A stretch of DNA of 64,000 bases from an uncultured Actinomycetes bacterium (GTDB lineage Bacteria; Actinomycetota; Acidimicrobiia; IMCC26256; PALSA-610), in NCBI GenBank assembly GCA_963706745.1, contig CAVPMX010000004.1, forward strand, positions 1,112,375 through 1,176,374, in the 5' to 3' direction. The stretch's first letter is position 1, and each line of letters starts with the position of its first letter. Made by a program: the position numbers and the translations under genes. The notes beneath the pieces are model-generated. The model was not told the DNA's origin and did not search any database. It was given only the letters and a program-made list of their open reading frames with translations. This document shows, piece after piece, positions 11,695-21,548 of this stretch.

Positions 11695-14080
11695 CCCGCG
11701 GCGCGCTCGACGGACTGCGCGTCGTGGAGGTCGGGCGCCACATCGCGGGCCCGTTCTGTGCGCGCCTCCTCGCCGATCTCGGCGCCGACGTGCTCAAGGT
11801 CGAGCCGCCCGGCGGCGATCCTTCGCGATCCAGCGGCCCGTTCGCCAACGACGTCGTCGATCCCGAGGAGAGCGGTCTCTTCCACTACCTCAACGCCGGC
11901 AAGCGCGGCGCCACACTCGACCTCGACGATGCGTCGGGGGCCGACCGCCTCCACGGCCTGCTCGCCGATGCCGACATCCTGGTGGAGAACCTCGAACCGT
12001 CCGAGCGCTCACGGCTGGGCCTCGGGTTCGCCGAGATCGAGGCGCGCCACCCCCGCCTCGTCGCGGTCTCCCTCTCGCCCTACGGCCGCACCGGGCCCTG
12101 GGCGGAGCGCCCCGGGTGCGACCTCACAGCGCAGGCGGCGTCGTCGCTGCCGCTCGGCCTCGGCTCCGAGGACCGCAGCCCGCTGCGCATCCCCTACGAC
12201 CAGGGCGACTACCAAGCGGCGTTCCACGGGGCAGCCGCGGCACTCTGCGCGATCCGGGAGCGCTCGCGCTCCGGTCGCGGCCAGGGTGTCGACATCTCGG
12301 CGGCGCAGGTCATGGGCTACCTGGTCGGGGGGATGCACAACGTCGCCGCCAAGAACGGCAACAAGTGGGCGCGCCGCGGGACCCTCATGGGAGGGGCCCC
12401 GTATCCCACCGGGTTCTTCACCTGCAAGGACGGATTCGTCTGCATCGCCTCGACCACTCCCGCTATGTGGGAGAAGTTCCTCTCGCTGATGGACAACCCG
12501 AAGTGGGCGAAGGAGGAGAACGCGCGGCAACGCGATCTACCTCGGTCTCGTCGACTCGAAGCCTGCCCACGGCCACTTCCAGGAGTGGCTGATGACGTAC
12601 GACCGGAGCGAGCTCCTCGAGATGGCGTCGGCCGAGGGCATCGTGATGGGAGTCGCGCAGACCGTCGACGAGGTGCTCGAGAGCGCGGCAGCTCGCGTTC
12701 CGCGACCTCTGGGAGACCCTGAGCGTCGACGGACACGACGTGCGCATCCCGAAGCCCGGGTACCGCTTGTCGGAGTCGCCCACGGCGATCAAGGGGCGCG
12801 GACCGGCCCTCACGGGCATCGACGACTCGCAGACCGCGGCCGGTGCCGCGGCCGGTACCGAGGGCGGCGGCACTTCACCCTCGTCGGAGCGTGGGCGCGC
12901 CCTCGCGGGAGTTCGGGTCCTCGACTTCGGCTGGAACTGGGCCGGCCCGATGGCCGGTCAGCTCCTCGCCGACATGGGGGCCGAGGTCATCCGGGTCGAG
13001 ACGTCGAAGCGACAGGACCTGATGCGCTTCCTCGACTACACGTCGTACTTCTTCTGCCACAACAACCGTTCGAAGATGTCGACGACCATCAACGTCGCGG
13101 TGCCGGAGGGCTCACGCCTCGTTCACGAGCTCGTCCGGCACGCCGACATCGTCCTCGACAACTTCGCCGCCGGGGTGATGGCGAAGAACTCGCTCGCCTA
13201 CGAAGACCTCCGTGCTGCCCGACCCGACATCATCGCCGTCTCGATGAGCATGGCCGGCGAGGAGGGTCCCCAGCGGGGCATGAGGGGCTTCGCATCGATC
13301 GCAACGGGGTACTCGGGGCTCGAGCTCATGGTCGGGTACCCCGAGGCGGGGGTCTCCACCGGCCTCCTGCCGTTCGGCCTGGGCGACGTGACCATGTCGA
13401 TCCAGGCAGTGATCGGGGCACTGGCGGCGCTGGAGCACCGCGACCGCACGGGCGAGGGGCAGCTCGTCGACGTCAGCCAGATCGACTCCGCCACCTCGAC
13501 GATGGGGCAGCCACTCCTCGACTTCCAGCTCAACGGTCGTGTGGCCGGAGCGCAGGGCAATGCCCATCCCTCGTTCTGCCCGCACGGGATCTACGCGGCC
13601 GAGGGCGACGACCGGTGGCTGGCCCTGGCGGCACGAGACGAGGCCGAGTGGAAGGCGCTCGCCACCACCGTCGGACGCGCCGACTGGGCCTCCGACGTCA
13701 GCCTTGCGACCGCCGACGGCCGGCGCGAGAAGATCACCGAGATCGACGCGGCGATCGCGCAGTGGGCGTCCGGCCTGGAACGAGACGCCGCTGCCGAAGC
13801 TCTCGCCGCGGCGGGCGTGCCCTCCTCGCCCCTGCTCGAGCTGACGGAGCGGAACGAGCACCCGCACTGGGTCGCCCGCGGATTGACCTTCCATCATGCC
13901 TTCGAGGGCTGGGACCCGTGCACGATCTACTCCACTCCATGGCACCTCACTGCCACGCCGCCCGAGGTGACCCGAGCGACACCGCGGCTCGGCGAGCACA
14001 ACGAGTACGTCTTTCGCGACCTCCTCGGCCTCGACGTGGCCGCAGTCGAGCGTCTCACCGCCGACGGCGTGCTGACCTGA
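11691..14080 (+). CDS. Class III CoA-transferase (CaiB/BaiF), two domains fused; frameshifted near 12530 and 12690
   Basis: Two LxG(L/V)RV...AGP...LLAD(L/M)GAxV motifs in ORFs 11691 and 12740, joined by an Ala/Gly linker with no intervening start. Confidence 0.8.
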
Positions 14081-14098
14081 GCCGGCGCCTCTCTCCCG

Positions 14099-15746
14099 AT
14101 GGCATCCATGGACGCTCCCCCCGAGACCCTGTTCGAGCTGTTCTCCGACAGCGCGACACGGCACGCCGATCGCACGGCGATCGTGACGAGCGATCAACGC
14201 TGGACCTACCGCGATCTCTCCGACCGCGTAGACGGCCATGCACGCGCCCTCGTCGCCTCCGGAGTCGGCAAGGGCACCCGCGTGGGCCTGCTGATGGAGA
14301 ACGATCCCGACTGGGTCGCGTTCGCCCTCGCTGCGACGGGCATCGGGTCCCTGCTCGTACCTGTCAGCACGTTCGCCCATGTCGACGACCTCGCGTACCT
14401 ACTCCGCGACGCCGACGTCGCGCACCTGTACATGAGTGCGCGCTTCCTCGCCAACGACTACCTGGGCATGCTCGCGGAGATCACGCCCGAGATCGCGGCT
14501 GCGCGCGCCGGCCCCATCCACTGCGCGAGCCTCCCCGCCCTGCGCGACGTGGTCGTTCGCGGAGCCGACCCGCTGCCGCCCGGATGCCGCTCCTGGGAGG
14601 ACGTCCTGGCCTCGGGCGGCGGCGTACCCGACGCCGTTCTCCGCGGGCTGCGCGAAGGCCTCGACCCCGAGGACGAGTGCTACCTCCTGACGACCTCCGG
14701 CACCACGGCCCGGCCGAAGGGGGTCCTCCACACCCATCGCGCCCTCGCCGGCAACGGAGCTCGTATCGCGGCGCTCCAGGGACTCACCTGCGACGACGTC
14801 GTGTGGTTCTACTTCCCCTTCTTCTTCTCTGCCGGATGCGTCAACGTGATGCTCGGCACGCTGGCGGCGGGGGCCTCGCTCATCGTCCAGCCGACATTCG
14901 ACGCCGGTACGGCACTCGAGCTGATCGAGAGCGAGGGGGCGACCACGTGGCACCTCTGGCCGCATCAGCTGACGGCGCTCCTCGAGCACCCGGATTGGGC
15001 CACGCGCGACCACAGCGGGCTCCACAAGGGCACCGCCCCCTACGACGCACTGCGCGCATCACCTCACGCCGACGGGCTCGGCGGGGTGAACATGTACGGG
15101 ATGACCGAGACGGCGACTGCCTTCGCCTGCACTCCCGCCGACGACCCCCTCGACGTCAGGATCGCGACCCAGGGCAGACCGCTGCCAGGGAACGAGGTCG
15201 TCGTCGTCGACCCGGAGACCGGCAGGCGGCTTCCTCAGGGGGCTTCGGGCGAGCTCTGCGTGAAGGGGCCGAGCCTGATGCTGCGCTACTACAAGGTCGA
15301 CCCGGCCACGACCTTCGATGCCGACGGGTTCTTCCACACGGGCGACCTCGGCCATGTCGACCAGGACGGGCGCGTTCACTTCGAGCGCCGCCTCAAGGAG
15401 GTCATCAAGACCGGTGGGATCAACGTGAGCCCCGCCGACGTCGAGGCGGCTCTCGTCTCCATCGAGGGGGTCGACGCCGCCTACGCATTCGCGCTGCCGG
15501 CGGGCGACCGGGGCGAGGACGTCGGCGCCGCGCTCGTCACCGCGCGACGCCACGGGACTCGACGAGGAGTCCGTGCTCGCCCACTGCAGGGATGCCCTTC
15601 CGTCCCACAAGCGCCCGCGGGCGTTCGCCGTGGTCGCGCCCGAGGCTGTCCCGATGACCGGTAGCGGCAAGGTCCGGAAGAACGCGCTGCGCGACGCGCT
15701 CCTCGAGGCCCTGGATCGCGGCGCCGGACCCTTCGTCCGACTCTGA
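14099..15746 (+). CDS. AMP-dependent acyl-CoA synthetase (frameshift near 15545)
   Basis: TTSGTTARPKG, YGMTET, FHTGDLG; terminal PMTGSGKVRK in another frame. Confidence 0.88.
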
Positions 15747-15840
15747 TGGCCGCGCTCGGGTGCCTCCATGACGATTTCACACTGACGCGTCGCGCGGACC
15801 ACCTGTGCACACCCGAGGAATCCCCGCACCAGGAGGACAG

Positions 15841-16634
15841 ATGAACCGTCTCGAAGGACGAGTAGCGGTCGTGACCGGTGCCGGTCGTGGGATCGGCGAG
15901 GCGATCGCCCGTCGTTTCGTCGCCGAGGGAGCCCGCGTCGTCGTCGGCGACATCGACGACGACGGGGTGCAGGCGCGTCGCCGAGGACCTCGGCGAGTCG
16001 CGCAGCGTGGCGCAGGTGCGACGTCACGACGGAGGACGACGTCGACACTCTGGTGGCCGCGGCCACCGAGGAGTTCGGGCGCCTCGACATCATGGTCAAC
16101 AACGCGGGTGCGCTCGGCGTGGTCGGCTCGATCACCGAGATCACCACGGCCGAGTGGGATGCGACGATGGATCTCCTGCTGCGCAGCGTCTTCTTCGGCA
16201 TGAGGGCGGCCGGAAGAGTGCTGGTCGAGCAGGGCGAGGGCGGATCGATCATCAGCACGGCGAGCATCGCGGCCCACGACCCGGGAAACGGCCCACACGT
16301 CTACGGAACGGCCAAGGCCGGCGTCGTGCACCTGACCCAGCGCGTGGCCCTGGAGCTCGGTGAGCACCGCATCCGGGTGAACGCGATCTGCCCCGGGGGA
16401 GTCGTTACCGCACTCGTCTGCGAAGCGGTCGGAATGGGCATGGAGTCGGCAGCGCTCCTCGAAGAGGTCGCGGCCACGATGCGGCCCTATCCGCGGGCCG
16501 GCTCCGTCGACGACGTGGCCGCGGCGGCTGCGTGGCTGGCGAGCCCCGACGGCGAGTTCGTGACCGGTCAGGCGATCACGGTCGACGGCGGAGAGAGCGT
16601 CGGGCCCAAGTGGTCCGACCAGTTCGTGAAGTAG
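15841..16634 (+). CDS. SDR family oxidoreductase (frameshifted)
   Basis: [26 protein letters not shown]. Confidence 0.9.
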
Positions 16635-16647
16635 CCACCCGGGCCGG

Positions 16648-17055
16648 CTAGGTACCCTCCATCCAGAGCGCCTCGAGCTCGTGGTGGCAGATGCGCCAGC
16701 CTTCCGGGGTGCGGACGAGTCGTTCCCTGTAGACGCCCCCGACGACGAACGTCGTGCCGTCGTGAACGTGCGTGGCGATGAGGTTCGCGCGCAGGGTCGC
16801 GGCGTCGCCGTCGACCTCGACCTCCTGGTCGGCGATGTGATGCTGGGTGCGCTCGTAGGCACCGAGGGCGAACCTCACTGCGGCCTGGAGGTCCTCGTAC
16901 CCCTCGATGGGTGGCCCGCCCGCGAGGATGCTGGTGACGTCGGGGACGAAGCAGGTCGCCAGTCGCGGCCAGTCGTTCTCGTCGAGGCTCGATCCGTACC
17001 TGACGATCACGTCGGCGACCGCCAACCGGTCCAGCATCTCGTTCACGGGGTCCAT
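16648..17055 (-). CDS. NTF2/SnoaL-like domain protein
   Basis: LDRLAVADVIVRY...LD...W, TQHHI, GGVYRERLVRTPEGWRI. Confidence 0.85.
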   Translation of the reverse strand: MDPVNEMLDRLAVADVIVRYGSSLDENDWPRLATCFVPDVTSILAGGPPIEGYEDLQAAVRFALGAYERTQHHIADQEVEVDGDAATLRANLIATHVHDGTTFVVGGVYRERLVRTPEGWRICHHELEALWMEGT

Positions 17056-17074
17056 GGGTCGTGTGCTCCTGTCC

Positions 17075-17836
17075 TCACCTGACCGCCATGACGCCGCCGT
17101 CGATGCTGATGCTCTCCCCGGTCACGTAGCGCGCCTCGTCGCTGCAGAGGAAGAGGACGACCCCGACGACGTCGTCGATCGTCCCGACGCGGCCGAGCAG
17201 CGCCTTCTCGGCCCACTCCTGCTTGAACTGCGGGGCGATCTCGGCGACCGGGTCGGTCATCGGGCTCTCGATGTACCCGGGATGGACGCTGTTCACACGG
17301 ATCAGTGGTGCGCACTCCTGGGCGAGCGCCCTGCAGAGGCCGACGAGCGCCGTCTTCGACGTGCTGTACGCCGGGAGCATGGCGTTGCCGATCAGCCCCT
17401 CGATGCTGGAGGTGATCACGATCGCACCGCCGTCGCCCTTGCGCATCACGGGGAGCGCGGCCTTCACGGTGCGGAAGACGCCGTTGAGATTCACGTCGAC
17501 GATCTGTGCGAAGTCGTCCTCCGTCGTGTGCTCCACGCCGCCCGCCCCGACCATGCCCGCATTCGCGAAGACGAAGTGGAGCCCGCCCCACACATCCTCG
17601 ATCGCCTCGGCCGCAGCCCGGCACGCGGCGAGGTCGCGCACGTCACACGGAACGGAGATCGCGGTCCCGCCGTCTCTCTCGATGAGATCGACGGTCTCGT
17701 CGGAGCCCTCGGAGTCGATGTCGCCGACGGCCACGCGAGCCCCTTCGGCAGCAAACCTCAGCGCAGCGCCGCGCCCGATCCCAGAAGCCCCGCCGGTCAC
17801 CCACACGACCTTGTCCCGGAACCTCTCCATTGCCAT
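17075..17836 (-). CDS. SDR family oxidoreductase
   Basis: TGGASGIG, ANAG, YSTSK, IRVNSVHPG. Confidence 0.92.
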   Translation of the reverse strand: MAMERFRDKVVWVTGGASGIGRGAALRFAAEGARVAVGDIDSEGSDETVDLIERDGGTAISVPCDVRDLAACRAAAEAIEDVWGGLHFVFANAGMVGAGGVEHTTEDDFAQIVDVNLNGVFRTVKAALPVMRKGDGGAIVITSSIEGLIGNAMLPAYSTSKTALVGLCRALAQECAPLIRVNSVHPGYIESPMTDPVAEIAPQFKQEWAEKALLGRVGTIDDVVGVVLFLCSDEARYVTGESISIDGGVMAVR

Positions 17837-17894
17837 GGCCTCCCTCGTTCGTCAGCGCCGGCGACCTTCCGGCGTCAGCCGGTGCCGGACATGC

Positions 17895-18920
17895 TCAGAC
17901 GAGCCACTGCGGCAGCGGCGGATAGACGCTGTACTCCGCGACCCCGGTACCGACCTCGCCCGTCTCCTCGACCTCGTACTCGACGAACGACTCGTAGCAG
18001 TCCATGCGGTTCTCGAGATCGTTCTCCGCTCGGTTCCAGAGCTTGATCTGTCCGTGATGAGCGGTGTTGCGGACGTGGATCACCTCGCCGTCGGGCAGAG
18101 TGAACTCGTAGCGGAACTTCTTCACGCGGCGGAGCTCGTCGCCCTCCGCGTCGAGGATCTCGGCGGCCACGTTCAGAATCGGCCGACTGCCGCTCGCGTC
18201 CGAGACGAACCCGCCGAGGCACGACCCCTCGTTCGCCTCACCCATCTTGGAGTCGAAGTAGAAGCCGAACGCGTTGATGTGACGATCGGGGAGCTGCACG
18301 GAAGGCCAGAAGTGCGCTGGCATGTGACCGCCTCCGAGCTGCCACGCGGGCTCGTCCGAGAACCGGTCGGACCACGTGTGGTCACGGTGCGACCAGCAGT
18401 CGATCGCTCGCGTCTCCCCCTTCGCCGGTCCTCCGCGGATCTCGAACGTGCCCGTGCAGCTCATCGCCTGCTCGAAGTGACCGGCGTGGAACGGGAACGC
18501 GATGGCGAGCGGGTCGCCGCGCACGGAGTCGTTGTAGTCGAATGCCTCGAAGCGCGCCTTGAAGTCGAGCTCGAAGCCGTACCGGTAGCCGTCCATCGTG
18601 ATCCTGATGTGCTCGAACGGCTTGACGACCTCGTACGTGAGGGTTCCGTCGGTCCACGGCCCACCGTCGGGCTCCGGGTCTAGCGCGACCCGTTGCGCGT
18701 ACGACTGCTCCACGCCGTCTATTACGTAGTAGGTCTCGAACCGACCGTAGCCCTTGTTGGAGAGGTGCCAGTGGTTGACCCCGAAGATGTTCGCTTCGGT
18801 GTCGACCACGCTGACCCAGAGCGTGTCCCCGAATAGCAGGGCCTCGGCTCCGGGCGGGGCCGCGTGGCGGCCCTCGTCCTCTGCGACGAGGTTCGGCGGT
18901 GGCTTGGAAACGTCCGGCAC
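17895..18920 (-). CDS. Hypothetical protein, probable AttH/tocopherol-cyclase-like beta fold
   Basis: 341-aa ORF with RBS; EVVKPFEH, GHFEQ, HRDHTW, GTGVAEY motifs. Confidence 0.6.
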   Translation of the reverse strand: MPDVSKPPPNLVAEDEGRHAAPPGAEALLFGDTLWVSVVDTEANIFGVNHWHLSNKGYGRFETYYVIDGVEQSYAQRVALDPEPDGGPWTDGTLTYEVVKPFEHIRITMDGYRYGFELDFKARFEAFDYNDSVRGDPLAIAFPFHAGHFEQAMSCTGTFEIRGGPAKGETRAIDCWSHRDHTWSDRFSDEPAWQLGGGHMPAHFWPSVQLPDRHINAFGFYFDSKMGEANEGSCLGGFVSDASGSRPILNVAAEILDAEGDELRRVKKFRYEFTLPDGEVIHVRNTAHHGQIKLWNRAENDLENRMDCYESFVEYEVEETGEVGTGVAEYSVYPPLPQWLV

Positions 18921-19019
18921 TGCGAGCTCCTCTTCTCGGTCGGACCGGCTGCCCGACCGGACCCATGACTTAGTGACACTAACTCCCCCGGTCGCCTGGC
19001 TGCCAGACGCCTCGGGGCC

Positions 19020-19994
19020 TCAGACCTTCCCCTCGGACCTGAGCCAGTCGAAGATCTCCTCGACGATCTCCTCGAGCGAGGGCGGCGCGTATCCGAGCTC
19101 GGCGATCGCCTTGTCGGAGCACGTGTACCAGTTGTGCCTGAAGGCCTTCGCGAACGTGCGCGTCAGCGCGGGCGGCTTCTTGGTGAGGGCCGCGACCGCC
19201 TCCAAGACTGCACCCACGCCGTAGAGGACCGGCCCTGGGATCACGTACTTCGGCGGCTTGGTGCCCGCGGCTTCGGCGATCACCCTCGCGAGCTCCAGCT
19301 GAGAGGTGTTCGGGCCGCCGAGCAGGTAGTTCTCACCCGAGCGACCCCGCTCGTACGCGGCGATGTGAGCACGCGCCACCTCGCCGACGTGACAGAAGGA
19401 GGTGTTGTGAGGGAGAACTGCAGGCAGCTTCCCCTTGGCGATCTGTAGGAACAGGACCGTGAAGTTCGGGTCACGCGGGCCGAGGACGGCCGCGGGGTTC
19501 AAGATGACCGGGTCGAGTCCCTCGTCCATCCCGGCCCGCACCTCGCACTCGGCGAGCCACTTCGTGCGGTCGTAGTTGACGGGAGAGACCAGGGCCCTGG
19601 ACTCCATGCCCTCGTGGAGGGGTTTGGTCTGCTGCCCGTATGCGGCCCCGCTGGAGGTGTAGACGAACCGCCGCGCACCCTTGGCGATCGCTGCGGCGAC
19701 GAGCGATCTCGTCCCCAGGACGTTGTCGCGGTACTGCGCATCGAACTCGCGTGGCCAGAAGGTGCTGTTGCCGGCGACGTGAAAGACGCAGTCCAGCCCC
19801 TCGGGCATGTCCTGAGCGACCCGCTTCGGGTCGTGGATGTCGGTCTCCACCCACTCGACGGGGAAGCCCTCCATGTCGGCGGTGCTCGACGTCGCACGGC
19901 GCGACGCAGTCACCCTCCAGCCCGCGTCGCAGAGCTGCATCGCCACCTCGGACCCGACGAAGCCGGTGGCTCCCGTTACGAATGCGTGCGGCAC
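19020..19994 (-). CDS. NAD-dependent epimerase/dehydratase (HpnA/dihydroflavonol reductase-like)
   Basis: TGATGFVG, VYTSS, YDRTK, LNPAAVLGP. Confidence 0.9.
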   Translation of the reverse strand: MPHAFVTGATGFVGSEVAMQLCDAGWRVTASRRATSSTADMEGFPVEWVETDIHDPKRVAQDMPEGLDCVFHVAGNSTFWPREFDAQYRDNVLGTRSLVAAAIAKGARRFVYTSSGAAYGQQTKPLHEGMESRALVSPVNYDRTKWLAECEVRAGMDEGLDPVILNPAAVLGPRDPNFTVLFLQIAKGKLPAVLPHNTSFCHVGEVARAHIAAYERGRSGENYLLGGPNTSQLELARVIAEAAGTKPPKYVIPGPVLYGVGAVLEAVAALTKKPPALTRTFAKAFRHNWYTCSDKAIAELGYAPPSLEEIVEEIFDWLRSEGKV

Positions 19995-20074
19995 CGACTC
20001 TCTCCCTCTCCGCCAAAGCGGTCACTTCACCTCCGGGCACGCAGCGGCGCGCACGGAGGTTCCGACTCCGACAC

Positions 20075-20575
20075 TCACTCCATGTGCTTGATGATGGAGC
20101 GATACACCTTGTTCACCTTGGGAAAGGTCTCGATCATGTCGCCCCAGAGATCGAAGTAGTCCCGGTGCTCCACAACGAGCCCATCGGCATCGAGCTTCAG
20201 CTTCGAGGTGCCGTTGTTCCTGGCGATCGGGAGCCTCGGCCTGAAACGCATCTCCGTCGTCCACTCCACGAAGATCAAGTCGCCGACCTGGACCGCCTCG
20301 TGCACGATGTTCCTCAACTCGTGGCATCGCTGTGGGAACCGCAGCATCATCTCGATGACGGCATCGCGACCGCGCACCTCCTGAATGGCGTCGCGGAAGC
20401 GGACGTCGGGGTGGTAGTGCTCCCGAATGATCGAGACGTCGACGCCCTGGCCCGCCTCCGTCTTGCCCCTGAAGGAGAACATGTTCCGGGCGGTCTCGAC
20501 GGTGAAGGGCTCGCGCCCACCGGCCGCTTCCGAACCCGCTGCTTCCGCGCCTGCTACATCCGCCTCTGGATCCAT
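20075..20575 (-). CDS. NTF2/SnoaL-like protein
   Basis: YHPDVRFRD, GRDAV, VVEHRDYFD. Confidence 0.8.
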   Translation of the reverse strand: MDPEADVAGAEAAGSEAAGGREPFTVETARNMFSFRGKTEAGQGVDVSIIREHYHPDVRFRDAIQEVRGRDAVIEMMLRFPQRCHELRNIVHEAVQVGDLIFVEWTTEMRFRPRLPIARNNGTSKLKLDADGLVVEHRDYFDLWGDMIETFPKVNKVYRSIIKHME

Positions 20576-20662
20576 GACCGCGCTCCCGGACTCGGGCCGC
20601 CCCACCGGGTACGGGGCGTCGGCGGGAGTCTAAGTTAGGCAGACTAAGTCATGCAAGGGCGC

Positions 20663-21547
20663 TCACGTGCTGATCCGGATCGTGCACGACGTCTCGGGCA
20701 GGTGCGGGTCGAACTCCATCTTGATCGCGTCGGACCCGTCGAAGATCCTCTCGAAGACCCCCTTGCAGATGAGCAGGCAGCCCTGCTCCGGGAGAGCGTC
20801 GGGGTTCGGGAGCGACGCCGGGTCCGGGCAGGTGTGCCAGGCACAGCTCGGGACTTCCATCACTGCGCTGCCCGAGGCGGCGTCGATCTCGGTCACCTCC
20901 GACTCACCCACTAGGAAGCCGGCGAACCTGCCCGGGTCGAAGACCTCGAGCAGCCACTGCTTCAACGCACCGGGCTCGGCCGCACCCGCCGGGTCGCTCT
21001 CGCGCTTCTCCTTCGCCTTCCTAGCCCCCCGGTTCAGGAAATCGATCTCCTTCTGCGAGTCGATGCGAGCGAGGGCCGCTCCGGTGCCCACGACGATCTC
21101 CTCGTACTGCTTCTGCGTGAAGTGCTTGCGCAGCTCCAGGAGCGCCCACTCCGACTCTCGGACGAAGTTCCCGTAGATCTTCCGCCAGCGCTCGCGAGGC
21201 GAGTCCCACAACCTGATGGGCTCGCGTTGATCGTGGACCCGGATGTACGCAGCATCGACTGCTCCCGGATCGTCGGACGCGATGCGGATCATCGGCAGGT
21301 ACGTCATCTTGACGATCTGCTCGCCACGCTCGGCGATCATCCGCTTCGCCATGATCATGTCGATGAACGCCTGCAGCCCGTAGTTGTACGCGAAGCCCCG
21401 GCGGCGCGCAGCAGCGCCCGACGCCCCCTGTCGTACCGCGTCGCCCGAGGATGACGGAGCATCCGGGGCGCCCGTGGCCCCGACCCCGTGCGTCTCCGTG
21501 TGCGTCTCCGCGCGAGTCCCGGATCGCAGATCCTTGGCCGTCTTCAT
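20663..21547 (-). CDS. Hypothetical protein with C-terminal Cys-rich V4R/ATC-hydrolase-like domain
   Basis: EVPSCAW...C...GCLLICK...SCTIRI pattern; start abuts the upstream stop. Confidence 0.55.
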   Translation of the reverse strand: MKTAKDLRSGTRAETHTETHGVGATGAPDAPSSSGDAVRQGASGAAARRRGFAYNYGLQAFIDMIMAKRMIAERGEQIVKMTYLPMIRIASDDPGAVDAAYIRVHDQREPIRLWDSPRERWRKIYGNFVRESEWALLELRKHFTQKQYEEIVVGTGAALARIDSQKEIDFLNRGARKAKEKRESDPAGAAEPGALKQWLLEVFDPGRFAGFLVGESEVTEIDAASGSAVMEVPSCAWHTCPDPASLPNPDALPEQGCLLICKGVFERIFDGSDAIKMEFDPHLPETSCTIRIST

Positions 21548-21548
21548 C

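Noticed and set aside
1485-15657. Very long Arg/Pro-rich ORFs (e.g. 1485-4022, 5722-8952, 12592-15657)
   Set aside because: Shadow frames of high-GC genes or chimeras produced by frameshifts; only short segments match real proteins.
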